In this document: positions 9,299 through 18,829 of the stretch, in pieces | Layout: each line of letters begins with the position of its first letter | How positions within the stretch are numbered: position 1 is the first letter of the stretch | Source of the DNA: Chitinophagales bacterium | GTDB taxonomy: Bacteria > Bacteroidota > Bacteroidia > Chitinophagales > Chitinophagaceae | Assembly: GCA_038206235.1 (NCBI GenBank) | Contig: JBBRBB010000008.1 | Coordinates: 36,304-100,303, forward strand | DNA: 64,000 nt | Direction of reading: 5' to 3' | Translations under genes and position numbers: made by a program | Notes under the pieces: model-generated | What the model saw: only the letters and a program-made list of their open reading frames with translations | The model's database searches: none | What the model was told of the DNA's origin: nothing

Positions 9299-10155
9299 TA
9301 CACAAAAATTTCTGATGCAAGTCGCAAACTTTCAGCTAATGCAGCTTTATCAATATTATTAAGTAAAGCCTTGCTTTCAAAATAATTAATCATGAATTCA
9401 GTGGGCATATTTCCCACCAAATCATCCTGTGCCATAGGGCAGCCGCCAATCCCTTTTAATGCGCCCTCGAATCTTGTGCAACCCGCATCAAGAGCGGCTT
9501 TCAGCTTTTCTTCCATAATATATGCAGTAGAATGAAGATGCACACCAAACTGCACCTGCGGATATTTTGGAATTAATGTCTTTAATACAAAACTTATTTG
9601 CTGTGGTGTTGCAAGCCCAACTGTATCAGCAAGAGAGATAACAGAAATATTTTTCGTTACCATTTCATTTGCCCAATGAATTAATATATCTTCATTATAT
9701 TCATCATTATACGGATTACCAAAACCCATGCTAAGGTAAATCACCAAGTTTTTGTTGTGCTTTATACATAGTTGCTGAATCTCATCAACCCTGATTATAC
9801 TTTCTTCAATGGTGCTGTTTGTATTTCTTAATTGAAAGGTTGCTGAAATGGAAAAAGGAAAACCGAGATAATTAATTATATCGTGTTGCACAGCTTCTTC
9901 TGCGCCTCTCACATTTGCGACAATAGCTAATAGCTTTGAGCCTGTAAACTTGTGAACTTGTAAACCTTTCAACACTTCTTTTGTATCTGCCATTTGCGGA
10001 ATTGCTTTTGGTGATACAAAGCTGCCGAAATCAAGGGTATGAAAGCCAACACGCAAAAGAGCATTTATATAGTCAACTTTTTTTTCGGTGGGAATAAAAT
10101 GTTTCCATCCCTGCATAGCATCTCGCGGGCATTCGATTAATTGTATGTTTTGCAT
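9298..10155 (-). CDS. Hydroxymethylglutaryl-CoA lyase (HMGL-like TIM barrel)
   Basis: N-terminus IECPRDAMQG, with DTVG and HLHSTA-type motifs. The 285-aa length fits. Confidence 0.85.
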   Translation of the reverse strand: MQNIQLIECPRDAMQGWKHFIPTEKKVDYINALLRVGFHTLDFGSFVSPKAIPQMADTKEVLKGLQVHKFTGSKLLAIVANVRGAEEAVQHDIINYLGFPFSISATFQLRNTNSTIEESIIRVDEIQQLCIKHNKNLVIYLSMGFGNPYNDEYNEDILIHWANEMVTKNISVISLADTVGLATPQQISFVLKTLIPKYPQVQFGVHLHSTAYIMEEKLKAALDAGCTRFEGALKGIGGCPMAQDDLVGNMPTEFMINYFESKALLNNIDKAALAESLRLASEIFV

Positions 10156-10865
10156 GAGGCAAATTTATTGGGAAACCTGACAGGTTTAACTAAAAAATCA
10201 ACGAATAAGAAATACGATAAGACATTTTTCATAGAAGTAAAATAATTTTAAAGTATTGCTTACCGGCGATGCAAAATATCTTTGAATTTCGCCTGTTTGG
10301 CCAAATAGGATAGTAAAAAAACTGAATTTTTTCAAAGACAAAAAAACAATATAATATCACTTTACTTTAAGCGTAAATGAATGAAATTCAGAATAAAAAA
10401 ATAGAAATTAATATTTATAGTTAACTATCGCATCGAAAAAAATTATTGTTTATAAGGCAGGAAAAAACACAACCATGTTTTTTATTTAAAAAAGGTAATT
10501 ACATTCGTTATTGTATTTATTAATTATCCAAATCCAATATGTTATGATGAACTTTACTTTTAATTCCTCTGTTAGAAATTTCTTACAGCCATTTGGTGAA
10601 GTCTGTTACCGCATAAAAAGTTCTCCCTTCAATGATGCGATGCCACATTGCAAAACAAATTTCCTGAAAAGGAAAATTTGCAGCTCTGTTATGGTTGTTG
10701 CTGTGTGCTAAAAAAATAAATGCACTCTCGTTTTATTTCCTTATTGAAAAATTTTTTAAACCAAGATAATTTTTCAAATTCTTCCCCTCGGTTATTTCCT
10801 CCCTCTAAAAGTTTAAACCTGGTTTAAGCTAACCATATTTATTTAACGTTAAAAATTCTAATGCT

Positions 10866-12935
10866 ATGAAAAACCGATTGTCCGCAATTAAATTGCTTGT
10901 AACACTGCTATTAAGTATTGGCGCTTGTTTATCTTATGCACAAACTGCCAACGAAGGGAGAACGGAGTTATTCTCAAAAAAGAATAGTCTCAATTCTCCG
11001 CAATCATCAGACCTGTTAAGCACCAATTTCGGGGTTTTATCTAATGGTCGTGATATTATCATACGTCAAACTGCCGCAGCCAATTTGGGATGCACGTACG
11101 TACGCGAAGCTCAAATTTTGAAAGATTGGAATGGAACAAATAATACTTATATTGATAAATGGATTGATGCCGGAAAAAAAATTTTGCTGAATATAAACAA
11201 TGATACAACTCCATCTGCATTTCCCAAAGACCTTGTTACTTATGAAGCTCAATTACGCTCTGTGCTTACAGTGTATCACCCGGAAGTTGCTGTGATAGAA
11301 AATGAAGAAGCTAATCAGTATGACTCTACCAAAGAAAATAATAGTCAATATCACATGGGAAGCCTGGCAGATTACATTAACGAATTGACAGTAGCTGTAA
11401 AAGTATGTAAGGAAAAAGGTGTGCCTGTTACAAATGGCGGGCTTACCCCGATAGTAATAGCAAGCCTTTGGAATTATTATAATACCAATAATAAACAAGA
11501 TTCCTGTACCTGGCTCAACAATCAAATGGGTGGCGTTTCCCATGACTCTGAAAGAATAGCAAGGGCGGATAGTTTAATTACAGCCTACAGACAATTAGAC
11601 CTTTCTTATGTGAATCTTCATTGGTACGAACCTAATGCGGATAAAACCAGGATGACGGGGGTTTTGAATGTTATGATTAATTATTTACAACAGCAAACAG
11701 GTAAAGAAATAATCACAAATGAAACAGGCGTTAAAACGAACGATTCATCTTTTGTAACAATGTTAATGAACCAATGGGATAGCGCAAATGTAAAATATTG
11801 TATTTTCTTCGATGCGAATGGTATTGATAATTTCGGCGCTTATCCTTTAACATCCGCAGCGGGTATATTGCTTTCAAATGGAATAGCTTTTAGAGATTAC
11901 AGCGCCGGGATAAATTCGTGTCCGCAAGATATTAATGTTACACCCGCAGGTCCTGTTTCAGTTTGCCAGGGAAATACGGTTACACTTACTGCCGCAAACG
12001 GTTTTACTAATTATAAATGGAGTAACGGAGATACCACACGAAATACTTCGGTTAATAAAACCGGAAATTATTATGTAACTTCAATTAATATAGGTTGCAC
12101 AGCTGTATCTAATATAGTAATAATCACTGTAAACCCCTTACCTGCTAAACCAACTATTACCACCAATATATCTCCAAACAATGTATGCCCAAATAAAACG
12201 GTAAGGCTTACTTCTTCATCCGGAGTTACTTTTTTGTGGACACCGGGAGACAGCACTACCAAAGTTATTATTGTAAGTAAAGCAGGAAGCTATAGAGTTA
12301 CCATTACTGATTTAAATGGCTGTGCTAATACAAGCGCACCTGCTGTGGTTACTTACCAAAAATGTAATGCCCCCACAAACTTAAGAGTAACTGACATTAC
12401 ACAAACCAGGGCCACTTTAAACTGGGATACTTCAGCTTGTTCAATTGGATACCAGTTGCAATACCGTATGAAAGGAACTGTTGTGTGGACAGTGGTACAA
12501 ATACACGCCGAATCTTCTACGTACAGAAATTTATATAACCTTACACCGGCTACAACGTATCAATGGAAAATGCTTTCGGCTTGTAAAACAATACCTGATA
12601 CTGTAACAAGCAATTATGTTACGGGGCCAGAGTTTACTACGTTAGCAAAATTTGCTGCAGCAAAAATGGCAAATGAAAATGTAAAAGGCATCAATGCTTT
12701 TGAAGCAAAAGTTTTTCCAAACCCTGCAACAAGCATCGCCACTGTAAAGATGAGTTATGTAACTAACGATTTGAAAATAATACTAACTGATCTATCGGGT
12801 AAAATTCTATGGCACAATGACAAAATAAATGATGTAAACATAAGCATACCTGTAAGCAACCTTGCTAATGGCACGTATATAATTATTGTGAAAGATAAAG
12901 AACATAATCAAACACTAAAGTTGGTAAAAGAATAA
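10866..12935 (+). CDS. Secreted clan-GH-A-like protein with Ig-like x2, FN3 and T9SS CTD (paralog 2)
   Basis: About 65-70% aa identity by eye to paralog 1 along the full length. Shares the VIENEE, YVNLHWYEP, ITNETG and KLVKE terminus motifs. Confidence 0.75.
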   Translation: MKNRLSAIKLLVTLLLSIGACLSYAQTANEGRTELFSKKNSLNSPQSSDLLSTNFGVLSNGRDIIIRQTAAANLGCTYVREAQILKDWNGTNNTYIDKWIDAGKKILLNINNDTTPSAFPKDLVTYEAQLRSVLTVYHPEVAVIENEEANQYDSTKENNSQYHMGSLADYINELTVAVKVCKEKGVPVTNGGLTPIVIASLWNYYNTNNKQDSCTWLNNQMGGVSHDSERIARADSLITAYRQLDLSYVNLHWYEPNADKTRMTGVLNVMINYLQQQTGKEIITNETGVKTNDSSFVTMLMNQWDSANVKYCIFFDANGIDNFGAYPLTSAAGILLSNGIAFRDYSAGINSCPQDINVTPAGPVSVCQGNTVTLTAANGFTNYKWSNGDTTRNTSVNKTGNYYVTSINIGCTAVSNIVIITVNPLPAKPTITTNISPNNVCPNKTVRLTSSSGVTFLWTPGDSTTKVIIVSKAGSYRVTITDLNGCANTSAPAVVTYQKCNAPTNLRVTDITQTRATLNWDTSACSIGYQLQYRMKGTVVWTVVQIHAESSTYRNLYNLTPATTYQWKMLSACKTIPDTVTSNYVTGPEFTTLAKFAAAKMANENVKGINAFEAKVFPNPATSIATVKMSYVTNDLKIILTDLSGKILWHNDKINDVNISIPVSNLANGTYIIIVKDKEHNQTLKLVKE

Positions 12936-12961
12936 TTATACATCATTAGCCGGTATTTGCA

Positions 12962-12997
12962 AAGCGCATTCATCTAAAAAATGGGTGCGCTTTTTTT
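12962..12997 (+). terminator. Rho-independent terminator (hairpin cassette copy 2)
   Basis: aagcgcattcat-ctaaaaa-atgggtgcgctt followed by T7. Confidence 0.7.
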
Positions 12998-13013
12998 CGG
13001 TAACAAAATGTAA

Positions 13014-13042
13014 CGGTCAGCCGGCTTAGAGCCGTCTGACCG
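13014..13042. repeat. REP-like palindrome, type 1
   Basis: cggtcagccggc-ttaga-gccgtctgaccg. Related copies lie at 33395 and 52694. Confidence 0.7.
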
Positions 13043-13145
13043 ATGGCTATTGAGACTCTTTTCTTTTCGGGATTGTATTTTCGATTGTACTGCAACAATT
13101 TTTTCAGGGTTAGTTGAAAAAATAAATATATAATTCATATCGGCA

Positions 13146-13182
13146 AAGTGCACTCATCTAAAAAATGAGTGCGCTTTTTTTT
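13146..13182 (+). terminator. Hairpin cassette copy 3 (possible bidirectional terminator between paralogs 2 and 3)
   Basis: aagtgcactcat-ctaaaaa-atgagtgcgctt followed by T8, with an A-run on the other side. Confidence 0.55.
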
Positions 13183-13235
13183 ACCCCGCAAATACTAACT
13201 ATCTCTCAACTTTTATCATGCATTCTTCCACACTT

Positions 13236-14336
13236 TTAATAAGTATAATTTCTAAATGCCACCCCGTTGTTTCTTAAAGTACCATCCGGATTGTGGAGTG
13301 CTACCGCAGAATTGGGACCGCCATCGCCACTATACCATATCAAATATTTTAATCCTGCTGCACTGCTTGTATCAAGCATAGAGACAACTAAATTCGGCTG
13401 TTTATTTAACTGGCCCATTTCGGTGCTGATAATTTTTTTTCCTATTGTTGCTGTAAGGTAATCACATATTTCCTGTAAAGCACCTGGCGTAGCCTCAGTA
13501 ATATTTTTAGATAAAGCAGTTGCATTTCGTTCGCCGCGATATTTAATGGGTTCATAAATATGTGCATTCACATAATCAATCGGAATGGTTTTATAAGCAG
13601 TAATCAGGCTGTCCCAACTCGTTAATTTATCTTCCAAAACAGGGTTGGTGCCGGGATGCGATATATTATATATAAACCTCTCCGGAATACATCTCTGTGC
13701 AAAATCATCAGCTTTATCATACTCACCTTTATTGTAATAATAGCGGTAAACCAAATAGGTGAGGGGCCGTATAGAAAGCCCGCCATTTGTTCCCTTCAAT
13801 CCATGTTGATGCACTACACCGATTGCTGCCGTTAATTCATTAATGTATTCTTTCATAGAGCCGCTATGTTTTGTAACATCGGTCTCTTCATTTTCAATAA
13901 TCACCATTGCCGGCGAATAAGTATCGAGAATGTCACTGAGTGTTTTCTTATAGCTTATCGTATCTTTTGTATATGGCGAAGGCAATAATGCAGTTGCCTT
14001 GCCATAACAAATATTGGCAAACACTTTATATCCGCCGGCATCAAACCTTTCAAATTCATCCCAGTAGCCATCCCAGTTACTCATAACTAATGAAGTGCGG
14101 GTGTATTGAACATTTAATTTTTCCAGTACGCTAATTTTAGAATCGGTGGTGAGTGAATCCAGGCTCGTAACGAGAACGCCGGTAATTATAGGAATAATGT
14201 TTTCACCTGACACATTCGTGTCAACAGGCGGTATTGGGTCTTCGCCATTTTGCTTAGAAACGTTTTTTTGGCAGGATGAAAGAAGAAGAAAAAGAACCGA
14301 AACTACCGCCATTACCTGCACATGGTTTTTCAACAT
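13236..14336 (-). CDS. Lipoprotein, clan-GH-A-like catalytic domain only (paralog 3)
   Basis: Lipobox LLSSC. Motifs VIIENEE, YINELT, KGTNGG, YVNAHIYEP, ISTEMG and IWYSGDGG. Confidence 0.7.
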   Translation of the reverse strand: MLKNHVQVMAVVSVLFLLLSSCQKNVSKQNGEDPIPPVDTNVSGENIIPIITGVLVTSLDSLTTDSKISVLEKLNVQYTRTSLVMSNWDGYWDEFERFDAGGYKVFANICYGKATALLPSPYTKDTISYKKTLSDILDTYSPAMVIIENEETDVTKHSGSMKEYINELTAAIGVVHQHGLKGTNGGLSIRPLTYLVYRYYYNKGEYDKADDFAQRCIPERFIYNISHPGTNPVLEDKLTSWDSLITAYKTIPIDYVNAHIYEPIKYRGERNATALSKNITEATPGALQEICDYLTATIGKKIISTEMGQLNKQPNLVVSMLDTSSAAGLKYLIWYSGDGGPNSAVALHNPDGTLRNNGVAFRNYTY

Positions 14337-14781
14337 TGGATTTTATTTAAAAAAGTAAAAAATAAAATACAGCAAACAGTATAATGGAAATTTTTTTGAA
14401 GGGTAGAATTTCACACTGCAAACTGAGCGATTCATAAGTTTTATATGGAACATAAACTTTTATGAAACATTACAAAGAAACAATTTATTCCTGAAAAAAT
14501 TACCTCGGCGATTAATTATTAATATATGAATTTGACGCTGCATATTCATATCTCAATTTTTTTAAACCTCAGAATGGCTAAATTTCCTTTCTGCTAATGA
14601 TTGTTAGTATTCAAAGTGGAATCATTGGTATTAAACCTTAAAAAAGGTATCTCTCATTTTTTCGGGGTGTTTGTTGTTGTGTTAAATAAAATTTTTTATT
14701 AAACAAACAGGTAAAATCATCTTCAAAAAATGGTAACAAAACAATCTATTTCGGGTTCTAATATTATCAAAAAGAAACAGA

Positions 14782-15102
14782 ATGAAACAGAATACTATAA
14801 GTCAGGAAATTTTACTAATGACTACAACCGTGTTTTCTCAAAGACAATTATGCATGCTGAACTCAAATAACCCCGCAGAGCATTTATCAAAGGCTGAACA
14901 AATAGAAGAAGCCTGCTGGAATGGAATGCTGAATGAATTTTTTCCCGGCATAGTAGCAAGCGGCAAGCAAATTTATTTATGGCAAATAAAGCATGGCAAA
15001 TGTTTTCTTGAAATAAAGTTGTTTGAAGGTTATTCCTTTTTAATTGATAACCACCTTTCTATTGACCCGTATTCCTTTTTGCCAACAATATACAGTAACT
15101 AA
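14782..15102 (+). CDS. Hypothetical protein
   Basis: ORF only; no motif recognised. Confidence 0.3.
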   Translation: MKQNTISQEILLMTTTVFSQRQLCMLNSNNPAEHLSKAEQIEEACWNGMLNEFFPGIVASGKQIYLWQIKHGKCFLEIKLFEGYSFLIDNHLSIDPYSFLPTIYSN

Positions 15103-15233
15103 AATTTTAGGTTGAAAAAAAACAATTTCCGAAGGCTTTATAAGAATATGGATTTTAAAAAAAAAATTTTGAAAAAAGGGGTACAAAGCAAATGATTTTG
15201 GAATTCTAATACAAAGCACTAAAAATAAATGTC

Positions 15234-15575
15234 ATGAAAACAAATATTATTGCAGCTCCGTTTTTAATTCAAACCCGTACTGAAAAATCAAGCACTAATA
15301 CTGCTGCCTCGAAAAAGTATGCGTGGCTCTTTAAGAGAATATCTCCCTTTTTCTTGTTAGCTATATTTTTTCTTTTTTTATTTCCGTATATGTTTATTAC
15401 TGCTTCAGAAAATATTCAAAATATCTATGCAAAAATAATTTTGTTTCCCTTCTTATTTGCAAATGTGTTATTTGCCGATTTTGTTATATGGAATTATTTT
15501 GAAGGAAAAAATATTGTACGCATCTGGGTTATTGAATTGTGTGTTTCAGCCTTGCTCATTTATTTGCTTGTCTGA
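15234..15575 (+). CDS. Hypothetical membrane protein
   Basis: Has 2-3 hydrophobic segments, and a terminator follows. Confidence 0.4.
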   Translation: MKTNIIAAPFLIQTRTEKSSTNTAASKKYAWLFKRISPFFLLAIFFLFLFPYMFITASENIQNIYAKIILFPFLFANVLFADFVIWNYFEGKNIVRIWVIELCVSALLIYLLV

Positions 15576-15659
15576 AATTTCATATACCGCTTTCAATTCC
15601 CTTACTAAGTTTAATCCTTAACCCTTACAGCCAATAAATAAGGCATCTGTCTTATTAAA

Positions 15660-15694
15660 GGATGCAGGCCGCTAACCTGCATCCTTTTCTTTTT
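15660..15694 (+). terminator. Rho-independent terminator
   Basis: ggatgcagg-ccgctaa-cctgcatcc followed by ttttcttttt. Confidence 0.7.
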
Positions 15695-15741
15695 AAATTA
15701 ATACTTTAGTTTACATTTGATTCATTAAAAAAATCACTGCC

Positions 15742-16746
15742 ATGCGAAAACTCCTTTTTCCTTTCATCGTTGTTTTTCTATTTGCTGCCTGCAAAAAAGA
15801 AAATCTTTCTGTTACCGAAAATAAGATTGCAAAGAATGAGCTTAACCTCCGGGTGGCTGAAACCAATATTGCAATACTTGAGCACAAGGCATTGCCATCA
15901 GCAACTGACCCCAACATCCATACGTCAACCATTGGCAATCCCACTCAATACGCATACCTGCCTGCAAATGCAACCTTGCGGAAAGACAATTTATTTATTT
16001 TTATTCCCGGTACAACAGCCACACCCGGCGGCTATCTTAAAATTGCTAAAGCCGCAGCCCAACAGGGTTATTACAGTTTTGGAGTAGCTTACAGCAATCT
16101 TTTTCCTATTGAATTTTATGAAGGAATAAATCCTAATGACAACACTGTTGAAAATATTCTGGATGAATATCTCGAGGGCATAGATGTTTCACCGAAGGTA
16201 AATGTATCAAGAGCGAATAGTTTTGAAAACAGGATAATCAAAATGATTTTATACTTAGATGCAAATTATCCCGCTGAAAACTGGAAAAGATTTTTAAACT
16301 CCAGTAATGAAATATGCTGGGACAAACTTTCTGTTGCCGGTCATTCACAGGGCAGCGACCATGCAATGTATATGAGCAAGGCAAGAAGTGTTTTAAGGGC
16401 AGGCTTCTTTGGCGGTCCCGGCAGTTTTAAATTAAACAACGGACAATATCCAACCTTTATGCAGGAGCCTGGTTTCACACCCGATGAAAATTTATATGGC
16501 TTCAATCACACAAGAGATTTAATACGCCTATGGGCCGATGTGAGACCTACCTGGGAAGTGTTGGGATTGCCCGGTATGCCTAACAGTGTAGATGACAGAA
16601 TGGTAAACGGCGATCATAAATTAACCACCTCCCTGCAATCGAATGATGCGCATAGCTCACCTGTTGCGGATGCCGCTACGCCTAATGATGCAAACGGAAA
16701 TCCGCTGTATGAGCCTGTGTGGGATTATATGTGCTTTCCAAGATAA
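15742..16746 (+). CDS. Alpha/beta-hydrolase-fold lipoprotein
   Basis: Lipobox LFAAC. Nucleophile elbow GHSQGS. Confidence 0.7.
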   Translation: MRKLLFPFIVVFLFAACKKENLSVTENKIAKNELNLRVAETNIAILEHKALPSATDPNIHTSTIGNPTQYAYLPANATLRKDNLFIFIPGTTATPGGYLKIAKAAAQQGYYSFGVAYSNLFPIEFYEGINPNDNTVENILDEYLEGIDVSPKVNVSRANSFENRIIKMILYLDANYPAENWKRFLNSSNEICWDKLSVAGHSQGSDHAMYMSKARSVLRAGFFGGPGSFKLNNGQYPTFMQEPGFTPDENLYGFNHTRDLIRLWADVRPTWEVLGLPGMPNSVDDRMVNGDHKLTTSLQSNDAHSSPVADAATPNDANGNPLYEPVWDYMCFPR

Positions 16747-16802
16747 TGTGCTAATGTGCTAATGCGATAATGCGATAATATGATAATAAGATAATGAGCT
16801 AT
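16747..16802. repeat. Octamer tandem array (TAATG-containing, 7 units) starting right after the stop codon
   Basis: tgtgctaa tgtgctaa tgcgataa tgcgataa tatgataa taagataa tgagctat. In the alternative phase the unit agataatg includes the last codon and the stop (16741-16746). Confidence 0.85.
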
Positions 16803-16828
16803 CCGGAAGTAAAATCTTCCGGTTTTTT
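16803..16828 (+). terminator. Rho-independent terminator
   Basis: ccggaag-taaaat-cttccgg followed by T6. Confidence 0.75.
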
Positions 16829-16862
16829 ATATACCCAAAATTTCTGCAAACAACTATTTTTG

Positions 16863-17055
16863 TGCGCAGGATTTTAAAATGAAAACTGAAGATGACCAAT
16901 GATATACAGATGAACGTAATGCGACCACCGCCTCGCCTAAGACGAAGGAGCAGGCGCAACGAACGATGCCCCACGCCATTGGTGGGGCAGGCACAACGAA
17001 CAAAAGCCGGGTACACAAAAAATATTATTCAAACTAAAACAACTAACCCCAAAGA
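16863..17055 (+). promoter_or_regulatory. Candidate structured 5' leader of the decarboxylase gene
   Basis: A TAttTTTG box at 16855-16862 resembles the Bacteroidetes -7 element. A locally GC-rich ~120-nt core follows, with hairpin ccccac-gccattg-gtgggg (16969-16988) and direct repeat caggcRcaacgaac (16951, 16988). Only spurious ORFs lie here. Confidence 0.3.
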
Positions 17056-18483
17056 ATGGATAATACCTACACCGCCCTGGTGAAACAAACCTTCCACTTT
17101 CCGCAGGAAGGTTTTGATGTGAATGAAGATGGTTACCTGGAATACAACAATGTTGATTTGAAAGCGCTGATTGAAAAGTATGGCACACCGCTTAAGCTTT
17201 CTTATCTTCCTAAAATTGGTATGCAGATAAATAAAGCAAAGAAGATGTTTGCTGCAGCCATAAAAAAATATAAATATGAGGGCAAATATTTTTATTGCTA
17301 CTGCACCAAAAGCTCTCATTTTTCTTTTATAATAGAAGAAGCGCTGAAACATGATATTCATATTGAAACTTCGTACGCTTATGATATTGAAATAATCAAT
17401 AAGCTGTATCAGCGAAAGAAAATTTCGAAAGACACTTTTATTATCTGCAACGGCTTTAAGCAAAAAGGCTACACGCAGCGTATTGCAAGGCTTTTAAACA
17501 CCGGCTTTAAAAATGTAATACCGGTTCTTGATAATAAAGAAGAATTGAATGCATACCGGCGCAGTGTACGCGTTCCTTTTAGATTGGGCATTCGTGTTGC
17601 GGCAGAAGAAGAACCAAATTTTCCTTTTTATACCTCAAGGCTAGGAATGCGTGCAAGAGATATACTTGAATTTTATGTAGATGATATTGAAGGGTATGAA
17701 GAAAAATTTCAGTTGAAGATGCTGCACATATTTTTAAACAAAGGAATAAAAGATGATATTTATTACTGGAGCGAGCTTAACAAAATCATCAACCTGTATT
17801 GCCAGTTGAAAAAGATTTGTCCAGAGCTGGATAGTATAAATATTGGCGGCGGGTTTCCCATTAAACATTCTCTTGGCTTTGAGTACGATTACCAGTTCAT
17901 GATAAATGAAATTGTAAGCAACATTAAAAAAGCATGTAAAAAAGCCCGTGTGCCCATGCCGCATATTTATTCTGAGTTCGGCAGCTATACTGTGGGTGAA
18001 AGCATGGCACATATTTACAGCGTAGTAGCGCAAAAAATTCAGAACGACCGTGAGATTTGGTACATGATTGATTCATCCTTCATCACTACACTGCCCGATA
18101 CATGGGGCATTGGAGAACGTTTTTTGTTGCTGCCAGTAAACAAATGGGATAATGAATACCAGCGTGTGGTGCTCGGCGGCATGACTTGTGATAGTCATGA
18201 TTACTACGACAGCGAGGAGCACATTAATGAAGTGTTTCTTCCCAAACTTGCAAACAATACGAATGGTGAAGACCTTACCAATAAAGAACCTCTTTATCTT
18301 GGCTTCTTTCATACCGGCGCTTACCAGGACCAGATAAGCGGCTACGGCGGTATTAAGCATTGCCTTATTCCCTCACCTAAACACATTATTGTGGGTCATG
18401 ATAAAAACGGAAAGCTTACAGACTGGGTTAATGCAAAAGAGCAAACAGCACAAAGCATGCTGAAGATATTGGGATATATGTAG
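17056..18483 (+). CDS. Type III PLP-dependent (Orn/DAP/Arg) decarboxylase, arginine-decarboxylase-like
   Basis: N-terminal GTPLKL.YLP and a YCTKS-type PLP-Lys context. Also GGG(F)P and a C-terminal GAYQ-like motif. Length 475 aa. Confidence 0.8.
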   Translation: MDNTYTALVKQTFHFPQEGFDVNEDGYLEYNNVDLKALIEKYGTPLKLSYLPKIGMQINKAKKMFAAAIKKYKYEGKYFYCYCTKSSHFSFIIEEALKHDIHIETSYAYDIEIINKLYQRKKISKDTFIICNGFKQKGYTQRIARLLNTGFKNVIPVLDNKEELNAYRRSVRVPFRLGIRVAAEEEPNFPFYTSRLGMRARDILEFYVDDIEGYEEKFQLKMLHIFLNKGIKDDIYYWSELNKIINLYCQLKKICPELDSINIGGGFPIKHSLGFEYDYQFMINEIVSNIKKACKKARVPMPHIYSEFGSYTVGESMAHIYSVVAQKIQNDREIWYMIDSSFITTLPDTWGIGERFLLLPVNKWDNEYQRVVLGGMTCDSHDYYDSEEHINEVFLPKLANNTNGEDLTNKEPLYLGFFHTGAYQDQISGYGGIKHCLIPSPKHIIVGHDKNGKLTDWVNAKEQTAQSMLKILGYM

Positions 18484-18829
18484 ATGACTTTTTTTACAAA
18501 TATTTTTATGGTACGAGCTTCGGTTTTTTATGCCTGCCCGTCCTGTTTTCATTGCATCTTCAGTTCGCAGTTTTTGTCTTATTTTTTTCCTTGTTTCAGA
18601 AATAATCACTATATCTTTGGGATGAATTAATCATACTCTATAAGCAAGATTTTATTAAAGAAGATTGGAGCTAACTCAACGACCGCCTAAATATTTCCTC
18701 ACCATAAAAACAATTTGTATGAAAAAAAAATCAACCTATTATTCCTTGTCCTTGCACTTGCTTTTTGTTGGATCTCAACGATAATTGCGCAACCAAATTA
18801 TTTTGTCAATAATCAATAAAATTTATTTT

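Noticed and set aside
10511-10711. The 66-aa ORF upstream of paralog 2, considered as a real gene.
   Set aside because: Only its start context is conserved with 3332..3637. The peptide is Cys/Phe-rich with no similarity and no terminator. I kept it as part of a possible leader observation rather than calling a CDS.
16759-17188. Three overlapping ORFs (16759..17016, 16892..17083, 16937..17188) lie in the spacer before the decarboxylase gene.
   Set aside because: Their Arg/Pro/Gly-rich translations occur on both strands of a GC-rich patch, and one runs into the real CDS. They are better explained as a non-coding leader.
18719-18819. An ATG followed by an A9 tract lies upstream of the delta-60-repeat gene. 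A +1 slip would open a signal-peptide-like ORF (MKKKINLLFLVLALAFCWISTIIAQ...), which could be a phase-variation switch.
   Set aside because: Even after a slip the ORF ends before the downstream gene's ATG and is in a different frame, so no fusion results. MKKK starts are common here. It is probably a relic 5' end.
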